DNA from: the human T2T-CHM13v2.0 reference genome, Homo sapiens
Direction: 5' to 3' (one strand)
Assembly (NCBI RefSeq): GCF_009914755.1
Contig: NC_060931.1
DNA: 64,000 bases
The position numbers were made by a program, and so were the translations under genes. Within the stretch, counting starts at the first letter, position 1. Each line of letters starts with the position of its first letter. The notes under the pieces were generated by a model. That model worked only from the letters and a program-made list of their open reading frames with translations, did not search any database and had not been told where the DNA came from. Of this stretch, positions 27,862 through 43,800 are shown one piece after another.

Positions 27862-28399
27862 TGTAGGGAAAGGCAGCACAAACTAAACTACAATAGAAGC
27901 GACAGAGCACAGAGCAAAAGAGTATACTTTTAACATATGTGTTAAATAAATGTTTAATACACACATCAAATACAGAACCTCTAGAAGTCAATATAATTTA
28001 AAATGCAAACACATAAAATAATAAGCAAAACTCTAAATATTCAACATAAATGATATAAAAATGTCCTATAAACCTTTAAAAATACTTATTTAAATAACCT
28101 GCAATAACTTTGCCCCTTAAATAGGGTAAATTTATATAGATCAGCACTAATTTAATTTTGGCATGTATTTGAAGAAATGATAAATATTACACATTGTTTG
28201 TGATGGTATAAATTGCAATATTATTAAAAGGATACATGGAATCTATTAAAATTTTTGGAAGTGGATATATCTTTTGATTGATTTGATTGATACAGCAGTT
28301 CGTCTTTTGTGTGTCTTATACACACATATACATAATATACACTTAGGCAAACACATTTCAGACATTTGGATTGGGATCCTGGCTGCTGCTTCAACCTCA

Positions 28400-29990
28400 T
28401 CTAATTTCCTATTACACCTCCTCTCTCTCCCTTTTTGTACATTTGTCCCTCTCTCTGATTTCCACCATCTGTCTTTCCAGTTTACTTTCTCTAGTTCCAG
28501 ACAACAAAAATTCTTTAATCCCACTGGGATCTCCAATCAATTGATTCAATCAACTTTTCATTATGCCTCAACCCTTTGATCTTCTAATCTAACTTCTCAT
28601 AACTCAAGATAAATTCCATGGGAAATCCTTAACAATCACTTCCACATATACATCCTTAACTGCCTGCCTCCCTCTTATTGCTTTTACTTGTTTGGAAAAA
28701 CCACAACTTGGTTAAATCCAGATCACCATTCTCTATGTCTATAATTCTGCAGCTAAACATAGGTAGAGATCAATACACAACCATCATTTCTCATCTTAAA
28801 TTCATAACCACAAACCTCATAGAGATCTGTTAATGCTAGTCAGGCAATTACACTGTTTCCCATTCCTTTAATTCCTTCACTATCCTGTTTCAATTTCACA
28901 CCTTTTTCTGCTTTCTTATATGTAAAACACCTCCTCCCTGTCCTTACTTTCAAGTGATCACTGTACATCTTATTTCATGAAGAATATTCAAATGATTAAA
29001 AGAAAACATCACAGATTCCCATCACCACGTCTGCCCCCACACCGTTTACAAACCCACACTCCCTGCTGCCCATCTTGTTGCCCCGGGTGAACTATCTGAA
29101 CTACTATCTAAAGTCAGTTTCTTCCCACGTGCACTACATTCCAGCAGCTTTTACTTAGCAAAGAACATTTTCCAGCAATTTCCTTATCTCTCCTTAACAC
29201 CATTTTCTCCCCTTTTCCTACTGGATCATTCTCATCAGCATGTAAACAAGTTATTACTTGTTTCCCAACCTGACCACATTTTTCATCTTCCGTCTCCGTA
29301 AATCTGATCTGTGCCCCACTATTTATTTCCTGAATTTCTATGATGGCCTTTTACCTGATCTTCCTGCATGTGTCCTCTCACCCTACACAATCTATTCCCA
29401 GCATGGCAGTCAGAAACAACCTTTTAAAACAGAAGCCAGGTCTTGCGCCTCCTATTCTGAAATCCTCACTGGTTTCCCCCCACCCCACCCCTCATGTCAC
29501 TCAGAGTAAACCCTAACTTCGCATGTGCCTGACAGGGTCTTACATAACCTACCCGCCCCCACAGCCCAGACCTCTCTGATCTTCTGGACCATTGTTGTCC
29601 TCATTGATCACTCTGCTCCAGCTACAACTGTCTACTGCTCTCCCTCCACCTTCCCAACTGAAGGCTTTTGTGCTTGTTGTTTCTATCCTGAAAATGAACT
29701 TCTATAATGTGGTTAACTTTCCCTTATCTCATTCAAGTATTTGCTCAAGTCTTTTTCAGTAAGACAGGCCCTAATCATCTTATTTAAAACTGGAACCTAC
29801 ACTCCCACTCCCTACACTTCTGCACCCATTTACTTTGCTCTGCTTTTTCTTTTTTCATAGAATGTGTCACATTATAATACTATATAGTTCACTTTTTACT
29901 ATTTATCATTTTATTACCTATCCCAGTCATTACATTTTGAGATTCAGGAGTACAAAAATCTTTGACTCTTTTGTTCACTGATGAAATCAC
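28400..29990. mobile_element. Degenerate L2 fragments (similar pieces at ~41040-41660 and ~57350-58920)
   Basis: Pyrimidine-rich L2-like sequence, L2 3' end motif (CTCAATGAATGAA) near 58900. Confidence 0.5.
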
Positions 29991-30649
29991 ACACACACAA
30001 AAAAACCATAAACTATAACCTATAAAAAACCTATAAACTATAAAATAACCTATAGAAAAACATATGATCACAAAAAAACCTATAACCTATCAGCAAGAAA
30101 ATTGGCATCAATTAATACTTGCTAAGTGAATTAATGTATTTGTGCAAAATATATATACAGAAGCATGTCTGGTGTATCCTTGTTTTATTTTATTTTTTAT
30201 TTTTTTATTTTTTTCAATTTTAACTATTATTAACGAACATTTATACATTTATATGCTTTTCTATTTTCTACACTATTATAAATAACTGTGATGAATATCT
30301 TTGTAAGTCTTTGATGATACATGTGATGATTTCCTTAGGACAGATTCTTAGAAGTGGAATTCCTGGATGCAAGAACATGATTTTTCTTTTTCTTTCTTTC
30401 TTTCTTTTTTTTTAATTTTATTTTTATTATTTTTTTATTTTATTATTATTATACTTTAAGTTTTAGGGTACATGTGCACAATGTGCAGGTTTGTTACATA
30501 TGTATAGATGTGCTATGTTGGTGTGCTGCACCCATTAACTCGTCATTTAGCATTAGGTATATCTCCTAATGCTATCCCTCCCCCCTTCCCCTACCCCACA
30601 ACAGTCCCCGACGTGTGATGTTCCCCTTCCTGTGTCCATGTGTTCTCAT

Positions 30650-34471
<3,822 letters not shown>

Positions 34472-34534
34472 TATGATGTTAGCTGGTTATTTTGCTCGTT
34501 AGTTGATGCAGTTTCTTCCTAGCCTTGATGGTCT

Positions 34535-35551
34535 TTACATTTTGGCATGTTTTTGCAGTGGCTGGTATCGTTTGTTCCTTTCCATGTTTAGTGCTTCCTT
34601 CAGGAGCTCTTTTAGGGCAGGCCTGGTGGTGACAAAATCTCTCAGCATTTGCTTGTCTGTAAAGTATTTTATTTCTCCTTCACTTATGAAGCTTAGTTTG
34701 GCTGGATATGAGATTCTGGGTTGAAAATTCTTTTCTTTAAGGATGTTGAATATTGATCCCCACTCTCTTCTGGCTTGTAGAGTTTCTGCCGAGAGATCCG
34801 CTGTTAGTCTGATGGGCTTCCCTTTGTGGGTAACCCGACCTTTCTCTCTGGCTGCCCTTAACATTTTTTCCTTCATTTCAACTTTGGTGAATCTGATAAT
34901 TACGTGTCTTGGAGTTGCTCTTCTCGAGGAGTATCTTTGTAGTGTTCTCTGTATTTCCTGAATCTGAGTGTTGGCCTGCCTTGCCAGATTGGGAAAGTTC
35001 TCCTGGATAATATCCTGCAGAGTGTTTTCCAACTTGGTTCCATTCTCCCCGTCACTTTCAGGTACACCAATCAGATGTAGATTTGGTCTTTTCTCATAGT
35101 CCCATATTTCTTGGAGGCTTTGTCCGTTTCTTTTTATTCTTATTTCTCTAAACTTCCCTTCTCGCTTCATTTCATTCATTTCGTCTTCCATCGCTGATAC
35201 CCATTCTTCCAGTTGATCGCATTGGCTCTTGAGGCTTCTGCATTATTCACGTAGTTCTCGAGCCTTGGCTTTTAGCTCCATCAAGTCCTTTAAGGACTTC
35301 TCTGCATTGGTTATTCTAGTTATCCATTCATCTAATTTTTTTTCAAAGTTTTTAACTTCTTTGCCATTGGTTTGAATTTCCTCCTGTAGCTTGGAGTAGT
35401 TTGATCATCTGAAGCCTTCTTCTCTCAACTCGTCAAAGTCATTCTCCGTCCAGCTTTGTTCCGTTGCTGGTGAGGAGCTGCCTTCCTTGGGAGGAGGAGA
35501 GGTGCTCTGCTTTTTAGAGTTTCCAGTTTTTCTGCTCTGTTTTTTCCCCAT
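34535..35551 (-). pseudogene. L1 ORF1 (338-codon span) with a premature TAA at 35245-35243
   Basis: ATG at 35551 is in frame with ORF 34535..35191 (ORF1p C-terminal half); GAA>TAA nonsense. Confidence 0.9.
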
Positions 35552-36143
35552 CTTTGTGGTTTTATCTACTTTTGTTCTTTGATGATGGTGACGTACAGAT
35601 GGGTTTTTGGTGTGGATGTCCTTTCTGTTTGTTAGTTTTCCTTCTAACAGACAGGACCCTCAGCTGCAGGTCTGTTGGAGTTTGCTAGAGGTCACTCCAG
35701 ACCCTGTTTGCCTGGGTATCAGCAGTGGTGACTGCAGAACAGCAGTGGCTGTAGAACAGCGGACATTGGTGATCTGCAAATGCTGCTGCCTGATCGTTCC
35801 TCTGGAGGTTTTGTCTCAGAGGAGTACCCGGCCATGTGAGGTGTCAGTCTGCCCCTACTGGGGGGTGCTTCCCATTTAGGCTGCTCGGGGGTCAGGGACC
35901 CACTTGAGGAGGCAGTCTGCCCGTTCTCAGATCTCCAGCTGCGTGCTGGGAGAAACACTACTCTCTTCAAAGCTGTCAGACAGGGACATTTAAGTCTGCA
36001 GAGGTTACTGCTGTCTTTTTGTTCGTCTGTGCCCTGCCCCCAGAGGTGGAGCCTACAAAGGCAGGCAGGCCTCCTTGAGCTGTGGTGGGCTCCACCCAGT
36101 TTGAGCTTCCCAGCTGCTTTGTTTACCTAATCAAGCCTGGGCA

Positions 36144-36608
36144 ATGGCGGGCGCCCCTCCCCCAGCCTTGCTGCCCCCTTGCAGTTTGATCTCAGACTGC
36201 TGTGCTAGCAATCAGCGAGACTCCGTGGGTGTAGGACCCTCTGAGCCAGATGTGGGATATAATCTCCTGGTGTGCTGTTTTTTAAGCCCATTGGAAAAGG
36301 GCAGTATTAGGGTGGGAGTGACCCGATTTTCCAGTTGCCGTCTGTCACCCCTTTCTTTGACTAGGAAAGGGAACTCCCTGACCCCTTGTGCTTCCCGAAT
36401 GAGGCAATGCCTTGCCCTGCTTCAGCTCACGCACGGTGCACTGCACCCACTGTCCTGCACCCACTGTCTGGCATTCCCTAGTGAGATGAACCTGGTACCT
36501 CAGATGGAAATGCAGAAATCACCCATCTTCTGTGTCGCTCATGCTGGGAGCTGTAGACCGGAGCTGCTCCTATTCGGCCATCTTGGCTCCACCGTATCCT
36601 TGTTTTAA
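36144..36608 (+). other. L1 antisense ORF0-type reading frame, 154 aa, extending past the L1 5' end
   Basis: N-terminus MAGAPPPALLPPCSLISDCCASNQRDSVGVGPSEP matches primate L1 ORF0. Confidence 0.75.
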
Positions 36609-36699
36609 TAGAAGAAAACTGTATAATATCAATATTGGAATGGTTAAATACTGTTTTACTCATTATATTGATATTATACATTCATTAGAAGATGACTTA

Positions 36700-36826
36700 A
36701 TTAGCCAGGTGTGGTGGTGCATGACTGTAGTCTCAGCTACTCGGGTGGCTGAGGTGGGAAGATGGCTTGAGGCAAGGAGTTCAAGACCAGCCTGGACAAC
36801 ATAGCAAGACCCCATCCATAAAAAAA
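36700..36826 (+). mobile_element. Alu monomer (FLAM-like)
   Basis: Single arm plus short polyA. Confidence 0.75.
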
Positions 36827-36869
36827 ATTCCCAGACTGACAAAGAAACTTAAAAAATAAAACATAGACT

Positions 36870-37830
36870 AGGATCTCATTAACAAATTAACATTATATAT
36901 ATATAACAGATGTGAAATAAACTACCAGAAAGATTCTCTTCTACATCATATGTCACCAGGGAAATGTGAGTTAAAACAATGAGATACCACTACCTACCAA
37001 TTAGAGTGGTCAAAATCCAGAACATGCTGTGGAAAATGTGGAGCACCAAGAAATTTTATCCATTGCTCATGGGGATGCAAAATGGTACAGCCACTTACCA
37101 AACTAAGCATACTTTGACCATACTCTCCAGCAATCACACTCTTTGGTGTTTACCCTAATAAACTGAAAATTTATGTCCACATAAAAACTGGCACATAAAC
37201 ATTTATAGCAGGTTTATTCATACTTGCCAAAACATAGAACAACCAAGATGTCCTTCAGTAGGTGAATGGATAAACTTGGTACATCAGGACAGTGAAATAT
37301 TATTCAGTGCTTAAAAAAGAAAGAAAGAAGCCATCAAGCCATGGAAACATCTAGAGGAAACTTAAATGCACATTACTAAGTAAAAGAAGCCAATCTGAAA
37401 GGATATATACTATGTGACTACAACTATTAGACATGCTGGAAAAGACAAAAGATGGAGACAGTAAAATAATTGATTGGTAGTTGCCAGGGTTAGGGGGAGA
37501 GAGGGATCAATAGGCAGAGCACAAAGGATATTTGTGGAGGTGAAACTACTCTGTGATATTACAATGGTGGTACATGTCATTATACATGTGTCCAAACCCA
37601 CAGAATGTACATCACCAAGAGTGAACCCCAGCGTAAAGTAGGAAATGTGGGTAATGATGATGTCTCAATATAGGTTTATCAACTGTAACAAAAGTATCAC
37701 TCTGGTGAGGACTGTTGATAATGGGGGAGGCTGAGCATGTGGGGCAGCAGGGGCTACAAGGGAACTCTTGGTATTTTCTGTTCAATTTTCCTATAAAACT
37801 AAAACTTCTCTAAAAAATAAAGTCTATTCA
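36870..37830 (+). mobile_element. L1MC-type 3' end
   Basis: Degenerate ORF2 end and 3'UTR finishing in AAATAAAGTCTATT. Confidence 0.7.
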
Positions 37831-40800
37831 AAATTATATATATAATATATTTTTCTCTTTATAAACAGACACTGTAAGAAACATCAAAACTATTTGTAAT
37901 AGCGCATACGGTTAGGCAGGAGAGGTTTGACAAAGTAGAGAAGGGTAAAAGTGGAATTTTTAATTGATTTTAAATTGTTTGAATTCTTAAAATGATATTC
38001 ATTTATAGTGTTGATACATTTCAAAAATAAGAAAATTAGGGCAAAGGAAAAATAAAATAGAAAAAGTACAATGAAATCAAGAGTAACATTAATACACAAG
38101 ACATGCATATAGAATTCTCTACATTTTCTAACTGTGAGTCATAAAATGGACTCTGATCTTTTCTGCCAACAATGACCAGTTAAATCATGGTGTTAACATG
38201 ATAGAAAACAAACAAATTATTCAGGAGGTACACATTATTCCTGGCATGAGTACCTAAATAAAAAAATCTATTCTGTGTCTCTATTGAGTGATGTTTGAGC
38301 AGCAACTTTAACGCTATCTTTATAGCAACTCAATGCATTTCATTGAGGTTTTTCTTTGTAAATGTTCATGTAGACTGCCAAAGTGCAGCTTGATAATACC
38401 TGTCTTGTAGGTCTTGAAGTTTTCTAGGTAGGAACTGGCAATGGGCCACAAAACAATGTGATCATAAAACATGGCTCTGCTATGGTCTTGTTTATTCCAA
38501 AAGCCATATTTAGAGTGTCCTAAACTAAGCTACTATTTTTTATTCTGCAAAAGTAGATTCTTTCGTCAAATATTTCAGAAAATTTATATCAAGCCAAGTT
38601 AGATGTGTTTCTTTGCCTTTGGGACTTCTTAGAGCCTTTAATATGCAAATATGCATTGTAAATCTTTAAGAGTGAGACAGAAAATATTGTGTTTGTCAAG
38701 CAAAATTAAGTCTGGGAGCCTATTTTTGAATGAGTGTCTCCAGGGCTTTGATTCCATAGAGCACACGTCTGGTAAGCAGTATGGCCAGATGGCTCCTCCT
38801 TTTAGGTGAGTCTCTACAAATAGGGTTTTGTTATTGTGGCTCTTTTCTTTCAATGAGGAATTGATAGGCCTTCTCGTGATCCCAGATTTTATTTGTAGGT
38901 CTATTATTGTATTTCCTATTTTTGCTGAATTTGATTTTTCTTTACCAATTTCTCTACCACTTTGGAAATGCATCAAGAACAGTTTTTGTTACCTCAGTAC
39001 CTAATAATGCCAGTGCCTAGCTCAGTATTTATTAACTATTTTTGAAAGAAAAACTAAACATAGCATTTTCACAGGAAGATTATAAATCCATGGAGCATTA
39101 CAGATAGTTCTAAGGTATTTTAAATATTCCAAGGCTATGCGGAAAGTTAAATGACATCTTTGTTGCTGAAATTATACCATCCCAACATGTTAATAATCAT
39201 GCTGATCAGTAACTGTGGTTTGGTAGTTGTAGATGTCTTTATAGTAGTTGGAAAACAAATTAATAGACATAGTTTGTTTAATAATTTTTTTCAAATTTGT
39301 AGTTAGAAAAAATGAAAATACTTCTGATTGTGAAAAAAATGTTGAAAAATGTATTCAGCTCCTTTACAGAGAGGAAAACTAAGGCTAATGTGGTAAAAGA
39401 GACTTGCCTAATATCACACAAACCCTTTAGAGCACAGTAAGTATTAAAACTCATACTTAATCACTTCCATGCAGTAGGTTTTCTCTTTTCTAGACTCTCC
39501 CTTTTGCAAGTTTAATGGTAACATTTCTCTTTCTCCTTGTCTTATCTCCTTTCTTTTATTTACATAGCATGTGACATTCTCTTGCATGTTTCAGGTATTT
39601 TTGCCATCTCAGGACTGAGAGGCCCTGGCAAACTGGCAGTTGGGTAAGCTGCATTTCCCCTCCTTAATTGATGGGAAGCACTGCCTTTGACAGAGCTGAT
39701 TCACAGTGATGGGGCTGACTGGCTGAAAACTGGTAGGAGGACTTTGCAACAGCCCTGGGCCAAACCGAGTCCACAGGCCATATGTCTGCCTCCTCCGTCA
39801 TAAACAGACGACCAAGTGTGCACACTCCCAAGTGTAATGTCACTGGGACCTTATTTGCAAACATATAAACGAATGACATTCAATTATGTTCAGAGGCAAT
39901 GTTGTCAAAACCACCAAGGAAGCAATTTACTGCTCTTGCACAGTATGTGACTCACAGTGCATTAGCAAGTTTTCATTGCTTAGTTTGTTCAATATGTTTC
40001 TGAAGCAGTTCTTTTGCAGCCTGTTGTGTAACCATGATACACACACTTATATAGCATACATAGATAGGATTAAATTAAGGGTTGTTACAGAATTATGTCA
40101 AGTGAAAAAAATGTATAATAAAATCGGCTAATTTCTTTGTAGACATTGGCCAATTAAAGGGAGAAAAGCATAGTTTCTACAACTAGTGGAGTAAAGTTAT
40201 TAGTTGATACCAATGGATATTAGCAGAAAATTGATGAAAGGTTTTAAATTTTTGGCTCTATGGGATTCCATTTTTGCTAAATGATATAATATTCTCATGG
40301 TAGGAAAAAAGTTCTCTGATTTACATAAAATGCGGGTATAGCAAAAGCAATGGTATTTTAACTTAACAACAGCCCTCAAAACACCCTTATAATGTTCTTG
40401 GAACAAATGCTGTAAAAGCTGAAAGGGTTCATTCCTAGGTGTTCCTATTGGCACTATTACTAGTGCTAATAGAAAGCACCCAGAAAACTGAATCAGGGAG
40501 ATAAACTATACCTTCACACAATACATAACAACAGTAATAATCATAGTACTTTGCATTGGCATTATGTTTTACAGTGTACATAAACATGAAGTATGCCCTT
40601 GAACTTGAGTATATTACATAAAACACAGATGGAGTGGGCAGCTTCAAAGGAAGTATCATCATTATTTATCATTTTTGTCTTTCTCATTTCCAAGGTTAGA
40701 AAACTGAGATTTAGCGAAGTTATATGACTTATCCAAGGCTATATCTCAATACTATTGGAATCAAAAGTAGATGTGGCTGAGTCTTCTGAATTCTAGGGCA

Positions 40801-43800
40801 AAGTGTTTTCTCAAGTAATACTGTCTCAACTGTCAAGAGTACAGTTCTACCTTATAACTGAAACTATCGTAGGTATCAGAAGAGGGACTATATCAGGAGG
40901 GCAGGCGGAGGAGCTCCATCATGATGGTCCTAAACCTTGAAAGATGGGTAATGCTTAACTAATACAAGAAAAAAATGAAAGAAATTCTGAGCAAGGCAAC
41001 ACCTTGGATAACGATTAGAAAATTAACATTTGTTGACTGATTTAATAAGTATTAAGCACTCATAAGCACCAGCTAGTGTTCTAGGTACTGCGATTTGGCA
41101 TTGAGCAAGAGACACCATCTTAGTCTTACAGAATCTATGCTATAAGTGGAATATGGACCCTTAGAAATGAATAACAAAATTTAAAAATTATTTTACCTTC
41201 TGTTAAGAAAATAGAGTAAATGGGTTGAAAGTGGTAGAGGGAAGGAGTATTTCAGGCCAAGTCGTCAGAGAAGGCCGCTCTTAAAGATGACCTTGGAGGA
41301 GACACCTGAATGATAAGGAATGTTATCATGCAAATGTCCACGGAAGCATTTTCTGGTGGATGAGACCAGTGATGCAACCTGGGAACAAATTTCTTTCTAA
41401 GTGTGATAAGAAGACTTTAAGAGGTTCTATGTACTTTTTGAAAAGATCATTATTCCTGCTTTCTTTCATAAGTCCAAAAGAGGTCATGAATGGAAACAGG
41501 AAGAGCAGGATTTTTTGGTAGTTCATGATATGTAGGAGAGGTTTACTCAGAGGGAGAAAGGGTGAAGTGAGAGATCAAAGCAAAATCCTAAATTTTTGGC
41601 TTGAGTACTTGAACAGATGAGATGAAGAAGGGTATGAACATAAGTAGGTTGTGATGCTGGCCCTAGTTACTAAAAGGGTGTGTATGTTTATGAAGTAGAA
41701 AACAACAGCTGGCTCCATCAGGGCTGTGAGTTTAATGCAGTTGGACTCCTCAGACTGGGCCGTGATGAGGCACGGTATAGAACTGAGAAGAAGGGGATCT
41801 GCAACTCAGCCACACCTTCTAAACCAACACCCCAATCTCATTTTCATTGTCTGTAAAATGAGGGGTTAGGTCACGTTGACAAAATTTAGCTAATTTTAGG
41901 CTCTGAACTCCTTTTAAGAATCTAATCATTACTAACGATTCTCCAGAAAACGAAATTGAACATATGTTTAAAATTCCCAGGCAACACAGAGACTTAAGAA
42001 CTTCTTGGCTTGAATATTATCAAGGATTACTCCAGTTCGAAGTGTTTGATTCTATACAATACCAAAATAAGTCCCAAATTATAGTGATCTAACAAAACCA
42101 TATGTGACCATTGCAGTGTGGCAGAGAGTTTTGCTGCAAGTTTGCCCACGTATGTGAACTGATGAAGACCTTCATCTTGTAGCTGCAACATCAGGAATAT
42201 TCAGCCTCTTTCTTCATTGCATAGTGAGAGAGAGAACCAAAAACCACATAGGGAGTTTTCACTGCCTCTGACTGGAAGTGGCATGCATTCCTTTGAATTT
42301 TATATTATTGGCCAGATCTTATCACCTGGCACTTGGCCCCTAACTGCAAATGGGATAGAAAATAGAAAAGAGTATATTTGGTAAACATTATATATTCTCT
42401 TTCACATAAGCTTTCTCCTTACACAGATATTTTCATAGCTCAACCAGAAACTTTTGGTTAAATAAGCATAGACTTGTCTAAATAATGGAATACTATGAAG
42501 CTGTCATAGGTTTGTAAAGATTGCTAAGGCATAAAAGTCTATTTAAAAAAAGTACAAAGTAGTGTGGATAGTCTGCTGCCACTCATGTAAGAAAGAAGGA
42601 AAATGAGAATTTATGTTTGTATTTGTTTGCATTTGGATAGAAAATCTCCAGAGGATAAGCTTAAAAGTGAGTAGTGATGGTGATGGGCCTCTTGGATGGG
42701 AAAGATGAGAGAGTGAGAGCAAAACTTTTCATAGTATATGGTCTCATATTATTTTGATTTTTATATGAACATTCTCAGTAATGGAGGGCATCAAAATATC
42801 AGTGGCTAATTCCAAAGCTCCTGCTATTACAGAATGACAGCATCCGATGGAGGAGGATGTTCATGTATCACCAAACAGCTCAAGCATGGCTTCATTGCAG
42901 TGTAACATGCATCATGTCATGTGTTATTGCTTACTTAACAAACCTCACTCTATCCCACGGATTAATCAAGATAAAGTAGCTAAATATTGCCTGTCTACAG
43001 ATGAGGTTTCCATTTGTCAAAAGGAGATATAAAACTAAGTAAGGAATTGGTAGATTTTCTCTTCATCCACTCTCAGTGCTAATATAAGAACTTAAAGGGG
43101 ATTTTTTGGCCGTAATTCAATATGACATTAATGTTAGAAAATTATTCACCTAAATGAACAAAAAGTTTTCCAAAGTAAAAAAATTATCTTGATAATGTAA
43201 ATTTATATGCTATTCAAACTTGAAATGCATGAAACAATTTTTATGGTAGTATACTTTATTATGAATCGTTTATAATTTTTGAAGCAAAAACAATGTGAAA
43301 TCATAGTAAATAGTATAAGATTTGGAACTAGACAGATATAAATTCAAATCCTACCTCTACTAATTGTGTTCCTATGGGCTTCTTGCTTAATCTTTTGGAG
43401 TTTCCATTTCTCCATCTGTAAAGTGAGGATAACAAAATACTTCATGTAGTTGTGAAAACTGAAATTAGATGTTTAAAACACTTAATACAACATCTGACAT
43501 AATAAAGCATGCTCCATAGATGTTTGCTATTATTAATATTACACATTGGCCAATTAATCACAACATTTACGAATGAGGTAGATATTATTTCTTTTTCCCA
43601 AAGATATGGTGAGATTTTCTGGGCAGATAAGAGGTTCCTTTCATGATTTCTCATAATATATGAAGTTAGAAGGAGTTTCAAGATATGCGAAAACATGCTG
43701 AGACAGCATGGACTAGTCAAAAAAATCTATGACATCTGGAACTGCCATTTTGGAAACATGAGCTGTTGTTTAGAGTAAAGATAATATTTGGAAATATACC

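Noticed and set aside
30000-30092. Degenerate (AACCTATA)-like repeats near the L1 TSD
   Set aside because: Short low-complexity slippage outside the TSD; nothing suggests function
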